Assembly: GCA_051294905.1 (NCBI GenBank)
Contig: CM119376.1
Location: 15,438,001-15,502,000, forward strand
Direction of reading: 5' to 3'
Origin: Botryllus schlosseri
Lineage: Eukaryota
Length of the DNA: 64,000 nt
Shown piece after piece: positions 11,401-21,720 of this stretch; the first letter of the stretch is position 1; every line of letters begins with the position of its first letter. Under the pieces are notes generated by a model. The model saw only the letters and a program-made list of their open reading frames with translations. It ran no database searches and had not been told where the DNA came from. Position numbers and translations under genes: made by a program.

Positions 11401-14400
11401 AAATCTACAGAACGTAATAAAATCGAATCCGCTCAAGACACAGTACAACGGCTTTATTCGGCCTAAATTCTCGGGACCGCATGTAAAAAACTGCGGTTGA
11501 TTCGGAGAATTTTATGCTTAATTCGGACTCATATAATGCCGTGCCAGCTTTATAGTAACTTTTAATTCGGTACAATTGCGTATATCTTGTGTAACAGAAT
11601 GGTACACTTGACACCTTCTTTCGGCGATGGCTGTAACACAGACATAAGGGAAAACCGAAGCATTGTATTTCATGGATTTAGATTTCCGTTAGCATTGTTA
11701 GCTTTTCCACAATGATTTTATGTTTGGCTTAAAGCTTTTAATTCCTACTGTTTTGTGTGCTTTCGTCTAGTGAAAATTCCATTTCAGTCCTTGGTGCATG
11801 GCTTAGTAGTTGGTAGCCTACTGTATTTGAAGAATTACTGTGCTATTTTAAATCTATATGTATGCGTCCATGAGTCGCTTTGAGTTGGTGACCCTTGTGT
11901 TACACAGAAATACAGCATACAGTAATTAGTGAATCGTTTGGTATCGAAATAATGTACAGTACAACTAACCTAAGGAGTAATTCCTGTGCGTTATGCATCG
12001 CTTATGCGATCAGTGCCAATTACTACAGTACAGGGCAGCTGCAATTCATTTATTAAGCAACAGTACAGTATTTTAATGCATTGTCCGCCTTTATGCATGA
12101 CCATAAAACATTTGATTTTCTGCTTCATTTGGACTAGGCCGTATTTCTACGAACTTTGACAATAAGCCAGTAACATTCAAGGATTTGTAACAGATATGAA
12201 AGTTAACCTACTTGAAATTGTACCGAAACTTGTTTGTTCAATCTCAGTACGCCTACAACAAGAAAGACTTACAGCTGTTAAGAAGATGTTATCTGTAACA
12301 TGGTTTACATCATTTCCGAAAGAATTCTGATCACCCGGAGGGATACATATTTTAACCATAATGATGGTGGATCAAAGCCAATATCATTTGAGATGAATAG
12401 GACGCAGTCTGGATAAATCATTACTATAGAAAACTTCAATAATACTATGAAGTAATCTAGCATAAAAACACCGTAATCCAAGATAATATCGTGTAATCCA
12501 CCACACAACACAAACATTTTTGTGAACAAAAGTCTTAAACGGAATGTCTCCAATAACAAACCTAGGAAGACGAAAGAATTCAAAATATGCCACACCAAAC
12601 CCAAAACCAACCCAAAAAGATGACAATGTACCAAATTCAACGCTCGACTTAACCAGCAGAATGAAGTAGAAACATGTAGACTTCGACGACTCACGCATTC
12701 TCTTTGCCTCGATTCTTCAAGCCGGCTTTCTGATTTGGATCTTCTGGCCTTGGTGCCGTATCTTTTACATCGTCTACCGTGAGTTTTGAGGCTGTTCTTT
12801 TGAAGTGGCCCCGCCGATAACATCACCGCTATTTCCCCTGTGCAACACGCGACACTTCAATTAATTACAACACAGCCGGTGTTGCAAATCTAAACCGATG
12901 TCACCGTGGTTATTATCCCTGGCAAGATCGAGGGGAGTTTTCTTATCGCGATTGCGAACCGACTTCGGACAGGCCCCAGCATCCAGTAATATTCCCACCA
13001 GCTTGTGATGACGCGCGATTGACGCTATGTGCAGCGGCGTGTTTCCAAGCTGAAACACGTGTAGGATATCAAGTTAACAGAAATCTGTCACAGCAATGAG
13101 TTTGCCGCGCTGCGTACCTTATTTTTAATGTTTACATTGCATTTAGTGCTGATGAGAACTCTCGAACATGTCGTGTGCCCGTAACGGACCGCAATATGCA
13201 ACGGCGTGTCTCCCTGGTTGTTTTGTACCGAACAAGCCGAGAACGACGACAGCAGAAGTCGCAGAGAACCCGAATGGCTGTTCGCCGACGCCAAATGAAT
13301 CGCGGTATCAGAATTCTGAGGAAAAATGACAGTGGTACCAATTTTTTGCTGTCACGTGATACCGCTGAAAGCCAGTGCTCCACAACCTTTTTCGCTCACA
13401 ACGACTCTAAATGTAATACGGATTACTGAAGGCACATGATATAATATTTCAATAAGATAGTCGTTCTTGTTTTAACTACCGCAATTGCCTTACGTTTGGA
13501 TGGATGATCGAAAGAGCTAGTATATATTCTCAGGAAATGTCTTAAGACTGTTAAGAGGGTTTGTTTATTGTTTTTGATCAATAAAAAAAAAGTGGAAGAA
13601 CTTATTTCGCACGAATAAGTTGCAAAAAATAGGGAGTGGAATTTCGATAGCCGCTTTCAAAACTTGCAACACCGCACGTGCTGGCTACTTTATCCGGCTC
13701 ACTCGTTCTGGTTAATCCGCTAAGTATTTGTCAGCTGCAGCACAAGAAGAGCATAACTAGAAAGTTTTAATGGGGGATGGTAACAAGAAATGCAAATACA
13801 AATCGACATTTGCCTATTTATCTATATTTGAGACATCAAATTTCAAGGGAGGTGCAATGTCTCCCAAACACCCCTCCCTGGATGCGCTGTCCATTACAAG
13901 GTATTGATGATTTTTGCTTTTTGCCGGTATTTGAAACCTTTGTCGACTGACTCACTCACTACGAAATGTTGAAAATGTAATGCGACAAGTCCAAGTATCG
14001 GAATTGTTCATTTCCGGGCAGAGTTCAAATTCGCAAAAACATCTTCTTCCAAAGGGGAAAGCATATTCAAGATAAGCGTCGAATACACCGCGACACACCA
14101 GACATTGTATTGCGAAACACCGGCTGCGGAGCACTGCGCTGAGCTAGCAATAAACTGACTTTGTTCTTTAGTCCGATATTGGCGCGGCCGAAAATCAGGG
14201 CTTTCACGCAACGACTGAATCCACGGCTGGCCGCTTCGTGCAGGGCGGCGTCTCCGAGCTGGAAATGGGACAACAAGTTGAAGACACATTTAGCCTACCC
14301 ATTTCAAGCCGCAAAAATATTTACACCTCGGTTGAGTGATGCAAACGGAACAGAAGACTCCACTCCCTGCTCTCATGAGATTTCAAATTGCGGCTCTGAC

Positions 14401-17400
14401 TCACGACTCGGTTACTTAAAAGTGACTCACGACTCAGTTTTTTATAAGTAGAGTATCCGACTCCTTCTCCAGACTCTCACATGAATGAAACCTTGACTCA
14501 GATTCTTACTCCAAATAGAAGCTATGCTTGGAAATTACATATTGAAAATACATACATACATGGAAATTAAGTATATACGCTAGGAAATTTTGCTGTGACC
14601 AACTATTCGTCAATTGTGTCGACAACTCGAGGTGACAAAATATTCAGAATGGCAATTCATTCCATATAGAACAGGGCTACTCTACTATTTAGTAAAGATC
14701 CAGATATAAAAGGTAAAAATTTGCTCAGGTCCGTTGTCAAACTCAAATGACGCCGCGTCGCCGCGGGCCGGATTCAAACCTTCAGAGAGCTCGCGGGCCG
14801 TACCAGTCAAAAATTCCCAAATATTACCTCAAAATCCATGTCCTTGTTTTTCATTTGAATACTTAGCCTGCACAATAGTATGTGACATTATGTTACGGAT
14901 CACAGGGGTTTAATTCTAGCGACACTTTTATTCGCTAACAATGAAATTGGCAATGATGCGAGGATTGAGCGGCTAAATACAGTCCTAAACCGATGGAACA
15001 GTGGCTCTAACGATGATATAAGTTGTCATATTTCTATACTGCCTTGGTTTTAGTCGTATAATGGCGCCGACCCTGCGTATGCGTTGTAAGGAATACAAAG
15101 GTTTTAGCTGTAAACGCGAACCTTGGAATCAGCTTCATTATGATTATATAGCGATTCGGGTGAATCAGAAGTGACGCAGTAGTGCGACCACAGATATTTC
15201 AATCGATATTTATGTATGACTATTGAACTCTCTATGTAACCTGCATATAAGGGCTTCGCATTGGCGTTTTCGCTTCTGTTAATAACTCGTATTTGATACA
15301 TTTGTCAAAATCTCTGATCTTAATATGCAATTTATTGCGTTCTCGTAATTAGGTGACAATGTCAGCGACTTGGTCCTAATGGGGGCTAGAAATCGCGACT
15401 CCGCAGTCTGGTGGTTATATAAAGTGCGCTATTAACATACTCGACATTTGTTGTCTTAAGAGATTATTCAATTGATGTATTAGCTTAGTAAAAATCTGAA
15501 CTTTTATTAGAAATGTGTAGTGTGCACGCATTTTTCAATCTACTTGAAATTGCTTCGCGGGCCTATGTTTGACACCCCTGCTCTAATGAAATAATTTACA
15601 GTCACACAAATGTAATAAGATATTATTAGATATATAATCCGGTAAAGTCATATTAGCAGAAGCAATAAGCAAAATGTATTTATTGTTCTCTTAGCCACAG
15701 CTAGTGTGAGAATTGGCAGTTTTGTGCACTTCGTTTTTTCAAATTAGAGCTAATGGATTTGGTTTTGTTAAAAATCAAGAAAATACTGAGACAGATAACG
15801 TCCAGATTAAACCCTGAAAAGGGTGGCATTGGAAGTTGGAACTGCGGCTCGCCAGTCGAGTAGCCCTGGTGTAGAATCTCGAGACCCTGACTTCGACTCC
15901 CCGGTCCTCGATGTCAGGTTGCGCATAATTTATGTCGACAACTAGCAGGCATTCAAAATGCAGCGCCCAGCAAGGAGATTGACCGTGGTTGAACAATAGA
16001 TGTCGATATATGAATGTGGAAAAGTACTGGTACTCAAAACGTTACAGGCCAACGTTATAAATTACCTGATTTTGTCTGTCCACGCTGCATCCCTCTTCGA
16101 TCAAGCGTTTAGCAATCAAGTCATGCCCGTTGATGCAAGCCAGATGTAAGGCAGTGTCCCCGTTCTAAACGGCATTGCAATGACAAATTACAGAACTTGA
16201 GTTAATGTAGTATCCGATTATATTGGGCTTTGAGGACTCGGATAATCGCCGTCCGCTCAACATTGAAGATCAAAGGATTACGATGCTTATTTTCGGTACT
16301 GCAGCAATGAAATTAAAATGTGTAATAGTAATAATAAAATGATGAGATGAATCAAGAGCTGTATGGCCGCTACCTCATCACAGGACCAAGTAATGAAAAA
16401 ATATGGCACAAATATGCGTGTGTGGATTTCCTCTTACAATGATTTCAATTGTAACTATGGTATTTTATTGGTGAAGGCTATAGCAGTGCAAAATCGCGTG
16501 ACTGAGTAATTTGATCCTATCTTTTATGTGACGACAAAGAAAACATAGCCAGATACATGCCATAAAAATAATTTGTAATTTTTTACCATGGCTATTTCAT
16601 AGAGTTTGTGGCAATGGGGATGGATCTCTTTTCTACAAACATGTGACCAACTGAGGTGGAGGAAAAGTATCTAAACTACATTTTTAGGTGATGGAATATA
16701 TCTTAGCATGAACGACGTCCCTCGAAATAATTGACTCTAACTACTTGACTAGAAATCATTACAATTAACTTTATTATTGGTATTAATTAATTATTGAATA
16801 TTGGTAACAGTTAGAGAAGTGTACATAAAACTTGAAAGGACGTCATTATTCTACTATAGTGGCAAATAACATGAATAACTTTTTACAAGCAGGTTTCCGA
16901 AAATACAGGAATTCAAAACTTACATCATCTTGTACATCAACTTCGCATCCTGCAGATAGAAGGATCTTAACAATGTCCAAGAATCCTTTATAGCTAGCAA
17001 TGTGTAGCGCATTATGACCATGCTGAAATAAGATAACTTCAAGAATCAACGGGTTGGCTTACCAAAACCCAAAACATTCGGATTTATAATTGATTTTTCT
17101 CACCGAAGAAATAGAATACAGTAGTAAATAGCGGTGTTATAAAAATGTTACGTCACAACGGCAAAGATAATGTTACAATAGGCTTACAGCAATTCAAACA
17201 AACCATATTAGTCAGATATAAAAATCAAATGACAATGCTGAACACATGAGCATTTGATTCTAACAGTAACAATTTTTGTGTTAGTAGTTGCACAGTCAAA
17301 GCCAGTCAAGTAGAAAGAACATTTTCCAGGATATCATGAAACTATTTCTGAAAGCAAAAGTAGGACACGGATGGTATCAAAGTACTGAGGTAGCTTGATT

Positions 17401-18882
17401 TGTACTTACCAGAAGATAGCCCCTAAGAAATGTTGAAGCACATCTTTGGAATTAGCACCAATTAGTTGATAGTGGTACAAAGTTGTAAAATTTTGCATCT
17501 GTTCATCAGCGTAATGAGAGGCTACATTGTTGTATAGTCGTAGTGACTTAGATGTGACTTTTAGCTTCAGTGTTTCAAACCTATAGCAAAACTGCTTTCA
17601 ATTTCACGAAATTCAGAAATAGAAAGAACTTTAATTTGGTTTCATAAATCGTTTGAATAGACTTGAAAGGCGGAAGTAAAATTATTGACAAATTTTACAA
17701 CTGTGACATGAGTAATAAAAAATGTTAGAAGATACTATGAGTCTAAGACACTGACAAAAATTTGGTGATTTCCAAATGCAGCAACAAGTAAAAGTGACAG
17801 GCTTTATTGTCCAATGGATGCAGTGGACACCGCCTACGAAGGTATATCACATCATCTGCGATTGTATGGTAAAATATCCTAATATTGCAATGAACAATGC
17901 TAGCAGGTCAATCTGAGTTACAAGTATTATAATCATGGCACCACTTTGCAGACATTCTCATTTTTTCTTTAGAGTTGATTCAGTTAATTGTAGACAAGAG
18001 AGTTAGAGTTCTACTATTATTTATTCAAGTTTTCTTTCCCGCAGATTTGTTTGAAATATGAGAATGATATTGAGAAATCAAACCCAAATGTCCACAAGCG
18101 CAGTTCGGATTTTGATCTGTGACTCAAATACAATATAATTCAGATCAGAGTGGGACAAATTACTGAAAATCAACGGGGTAGTCAAAATAGTCATTATCTT
18201 TACTTTAGTAACATTAAAACTTGAAGGAATAATGCAAATTCTACCCGAAAGCAAAATGCAAAGTAGTCGGGTAAGTCTATACAAGAATATAGATGAACGT
18301 TTAGTCGGGGGTTGCAAAGCATTGAAATTTAGCTAAAGACAAGTTCAACCAGATTTGCCTTCGGTAAAAGTCGGAAATCGTTTTAAAGTCTGCAATTTTG
18401 CATCTGCATCATCAGTGACAGTGAGGAAATGTTATAAGATAGAAATGGTATAAGAGGCCTAGGAAGGAAGGAAGCAAAGCACCGTGTCAGGGCCCTGTGG
18501 ATATAAAGCTGTATCAGCTGCATCACAGCTGTATGATATGTATCAGCTGTATCACAGGTCACAGCTGTATCAGTTGTATCCCAGCTGATACAGCTTCATA
18601 TCCACAGGGCCCCGCGTCAGGCATCAGTAGAAAAACATCAAGCTTCAGTGGCCAAGAGGCAGAAAGGTTTTGGAAATTATAGAATACTCTGAAATTCGGT
18701 CAAGCTATGCTATCAACAGAAAACTACGTGCACGCATTACATATCATCATCCATACCTTGTTCACTGCTAGTTCCGCGCCATCATTTATAGCTTGTACAA
18801 CTTTATATACTTTCCGTTTGGCAGTCGCTCTCAGAAGTTCAATGGTGGGACTTGAGGCTCTTACTTCATTCTTTTTACTCAT
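5436..18882 (-). CDS. ANKRD6: Ankyrin repeat domain-containing protein 6 (Diversin/Diego-like), ~643 aa, 11 coding exons
   Basis: Exons with GT-AG and consistent phase: 18882-18757, 17022-16924, 16164-16066, 14258-14160, 13315-13118, 13049-12905, 12837-12695, 11191-11142, 10914-10870, 7772-7643, 6233-5436 (sum 1932 nt, open). N-terminal ankyrin repeats. FQCILLRDCQGNVQQKP, ERIHAERTRCLHRI and IFENVACSMEDWYERRL match recalled ANKRD6 conserved blocks. The N-terminus may extend upstream (acceptor at 18934). The two small middle exons are less certain. Confidence 0.88.
6514..7247. mobile_element. hAT MITE (TAGGGCGATTTTT family) in ANKRD6 intron
   Basis: TIR TAGGGCGATTTTTT; TSD GTCGTCAG/GTCATCAG (7/8). 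An inverted relative lies at 23179-24033. Confidence 0.85.
8707..9282. mobile_element. hAT MITE in ANKRD6 intron
   Basis: 24-bp TIR TAGGGTTGTCCAAAATTTGGAAAA; perfect TSD ATGATCAC (8699-8706, 9283-9290). Confidence 0.9.
9870..10620. repeat. Interspersed repeat of unclassified family (second copy ~51180-51890)
   Basis: Colinear diverged similarity, e.g. AAACAGCAWAGCGATAACCC, AACTTGACCCAAGGC, AGAACCATASTAG, AAAACATCATASTACATA. Confidence 0.7.
14726..15579. mobile_element. Old hAT-like MITE (CAGGGGTGTCAAAC type)
   Basis: Right end GTTTGACACCCCTG and subterminal CGCGGGCC motifs at both ends; left TIR degenerate, no TSD seen. Confidence 0.5.
18491..18611. mobile_element. 121-bp Mutator-like MITE packed with CAGCTG E-boxes, in ANKRD6 first coding intron
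   Basis: ~30-bp TIRs GGCCCTGTGGATATRAAGCTGTATCAGCTG; 9-bp TSD CCGTGTCAG/CCGCGTCAG. Confidence 0.8.
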
Positions 18883-18933
18883 TCTACTTCTTTGGCATTC
18901 TTCATCGCTGACACGGGCCGCATGAAACTCAGG

Positions 18934-19514
18934 CTAAAAGCAGCACATATCCATCCAAGTTTTGGAGGTTCTGCCGATAGTAAATAAAGCTCCCACCGAA
19001 ATTATTATCGGGAGCAGCGGAGATATTTTGATACATAAAAGTTACGACAAGGAGAGCAACGGACGCGATGACATCTGGATCCCATGTCGGATGAGGTCAT
19101 AGCGTAAAAGAGGATATACGTAAAGATCCTAAAATCAAAATATAAACAAAACCATGTTGATAAAATTTTCGAATACATCAGTGGAGAAATCAAAAGGAAA
19201 TGATATTGATGCTCTGCAAAAATACTGACGTGAAGATCGGGTTAAGTAATCCTGTAACTATACTGTAACCATTCAGACTAGCTCAAATTATTCCAATGAC
19301 ATTCCACGATTATGTTGAAATAAAAGTATTTTTATTAATTTGATATATCCAGCGAAGGCATAGTACTACGTATCCGGATACACATGAATAACGTTGTCAA
19401 GTCTCCTGTTCGTTGACTTGTTTGTAAACAGAAATTTTGCAAAGTTGTCAGTTGGTTGGTTGGTTGCATCTGCAAGCGTCGGTCTGGAAAAAAGGGAGCA
19501 GACGGGACGGAATC
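18934..19514. promoter_or_regulatory. Putative bidirectional promoter ANKRD6/TTC23 with X-box-like palindrome and Forkhead site
   Basis: ATGs diverge 632 bp apart. Perfect palindrome GTATCCGGATAC at 19370-19381; GTAAACA at 19424-19430. Confidence 0.5.
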
Positions 19515-20888
19515 ATGACATCGAATGATGAATCGGATAGTGAAGAAATTTACGCTACTGATAGATCATTACCTAACTCGGTATCTCTTATAATGTCTGA
19601 GGACGATACCAGTGAGGAAGAGAATTTTATTCATCAAAACAAAGCTCACGGAGATATCTTGTCTACTCCTGACGAAAAACTGAGAAAGTGTGAACGAAAG
19701 CTAGAATCTTACAAAAAGAAAGGACTGAAAGATCAAGCTTTTTCTCAGCTCATTAAACTTGTCCCACTACGAAGACTTGTATTCGGCGACCACCACTGGA
19801 AGTATGCCGAAGCCCATTCAGCCCTTGCCAGAGGATATTTGGACTACAAGAACTACCTAACTCAAGCAATCACAAAAGCGGAAAAGGCAAAAAGTATCTT
19901 TTCAGCATGTGGATCCCCCGCTAGCAACCAGAAAATACCATTTACCAGATGTCTTGTTGAAATTAACTTGGTTTTGGGGCGGTCCCTAAGTTTGGGGAAG
20001 AAGTACAAAGAAGCGGAAAGTGCCCTGGTCAAATCATGGCAGGTATTTAAAAGTTTGGAAAAACAAGTTTCTTCGGTACAAATTCCTACTGCAAGTTCAT
20101 CGTCGTCATTACTAGATTTAAAACATGAAATAAAGTACGCACTGGCTGAATTATACATCCATACCAAAGACACAGAAAAAGCCATATCGGCATTAAAATA
20201 TTTGATAGAAGAAATATCAAAACACACCTCCGACAAAGATGATCGATTAATTCTGATGTACACAAAGCTAATACAGGCAGAAAACTCCCGTAAAAAATCT
20301 TTGGTCAATCATGAACTCATTATCGAGTATGCTATCAAAGCTCACGACATATCGACGAGCCTTCATTCGTTACAAAGCGTAGAAGTTGCAGACACAGCTT
20401 TTGCTTTAGGAAAAGCATACGCCGATATAGATTCGGAGAAAGCGAGAAGTGCCGCAGAGATATACTGTAAAGAAGCGTTAAGCTCATACCAAAGCTGCTA
20501 CGGTAATAATCACAAAAAGACGTTACGTACACAAGATCTATTGAACAAGTTATGGATGAGAGATGGAAAGGAAGATGATGTCATGAAATCTCTCAAATCC
20601 AGCATACCAAGGAAGCGTGAGGTATTTGGCGAGTGTAGCTCTGAAGTGGCAGAGTCCAACAAGCTTGTCGCTGGAATATACTTGACGAAAGGTGATCTAA
20701 CGCGAGCCCACAAATACCTGAAGGAAGCTTACGCAATAGAGCAGGAATTCTATGGCCCGCAGCATGCGAAAACCAAAGCTACGAAAGCAATGATCGCCCA
20801 ATTGGAGGACAACCCTGGCTTTAAAAACACAAAAATAACGCTTGGAAACCGGCCAAAATTTACGTCGACTATCAAATCCGCTCGGTAG
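19515..20888 (+). CDS. TTC23: Tetratricopeptide repeat protein 23-like (ciliary TPR protein), 457 aa, intronless
   Basis: Single ORF; first ATG at 19515 (the track's TTG start at 19437 is not used). LVPLRRLVFGDHHWKYAEAHSALARGYL matches the recalled TTC23/TTC23L N-terminal block. TPR-like YGxxHxKT repeats. Confidence 0.88.
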   Translation: MTSNDESDSEEIYATDRSLPNSVSLIMSEDDTSEEENFIHQNKAHGDILSTPDEKLRKCERKLESYKKKGLKDQAFSQLIKLVPLRRLVFGDHHWKYAEAHSALARGYLDYKNYLTQAITKAEKAKSIFSACGSPASNQKIPFTRCLVEINLVLGRSLSLGKKYKEAESALVKSWQVFKSLEKQVSSVQIPTASSSSSLLDLKHEIKYALAELYIHTKDTEKAISALKYLIEEISKHTSDKDDRLILMYTKLIQAENSRKKSLVNHELIIEYAIKAHDISTSLHSLQSVEVADTAFALGKAYADIDSEKARSAAEIYCKEALSSYQSCYGNNHKKTLRTQDLLNKLWMRDGKEDDVMKSLKSSIPRKREVFGECSSEVAESNKLVAGIYLTKGDLTRAHKYLKEAYAIEQEFYGPQHAKTKATKAMIAQLEDNPGFKNTKITLGNRPKFTSTIKSAR

Positions 20889-21160
20889 AGGCGTAGCATG
20901 TTCTCTTATCGTGTACAATTATGGGCTGTTTTAATATCATAACACCGTCACCATTAAGAGAACGGTTCATTTTACGAAATGTTGAGCATTTTTGACCCGG
21001 TAGCAGTCAAAAATTATTAGCCAATTTTTTGTTCCCATCCTGGCTTCACTCGCCCATGCCACTGGTTTCCGCACTTGTCAAGGATTCGGAGATATTTCCG
21101 CAAATTTTACCATCGGCAAAGTCTAATTATGCGAACAGGCCCATCTCGTTGGCCCTAGAT

Positions 21161-21470
21161 TAGTGGTTCTTTATCTTAGTTCACATGTACCCCAGGGGTT
21201 TGCTGAGGGATGAGACATACAGCAGAAATCACATGGATTTGCAGTAAATATTCATTATAATCTTTTTACTTTGTATGAAAATGATGTTTTAATGGTTTTG
21301 TTCTTTTAGCACTGTCGATGATGCACAATCCTTTCATACACCAGTATTTTATACTATAGTAATGTATTAGATGTGTAATGTCGAAGATGTTTTTGTATGA
21401 GATGTTTTTGTATGAATAGACGAAAATTATCCTAAGGGCTCACCAGATTAGTAAAGGTTAACAACCACTG
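21161..21470. mobile_element. Buster-type hAT MITE between convergent TTC23 and CLUAP1 3' ends
   Basis: Termini TAGTGGTTCT / AACCACTG; TSD CCCTAGAT/CCTTAGAT. Confidence 0.75.
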
Positions 21471-21578
21471 CCTTAGATGTAGCCTACAGCAATTGAAGGT
21501 TCCAGGAATGTTCTGCCTGGATTCATAGTAAGAGCACACTCTGTATTTCCGAAGTCACACCGCCTCACGATATACTCT

Positions 21579-21584
21579 TTTATT
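21579..21584 (-). terminator. Candidate polyadenylation signal of CLUAP1
   Basis: AATAAA on the minus strand ~137 nt past the stop codon. Confidence 0.45.
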
Positions 21585-21720
21585 GAATAGAAAATCATCT
21601 CCAACGAGACTTGTACGCTATTTCACAACAACTCAGCGCGTCGAAATAAACAATCATGAAAACATTGACGTAAAACATTTCCAATGCAAAGTTCAAAGCA
21701 TTCCAGTACATCATCAGCTT

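Noticed and set aside
15860-15910. tRNA/B-box-like motif (also GTTCGACTCCC near 62916)
   Set aside because: No matching A box or cloverleaf; too short to support.
17409-17530. GTAAGT donor with an open frame in the ANKRD6 first coding intron
   Set aside because: Phase incompatible and non-ankyrin sequence; flanking exons join cleanly.
19437-19514. TTG-initiated N-terminal extension of TTC23
   Set aside because: Prokaryotic-style start from the ORF caller; the first ATG is at 19515.
19862-20918. Minus-strand ORFs up to 148 aa
   Set aside because: Antisense shadows of TTC23.
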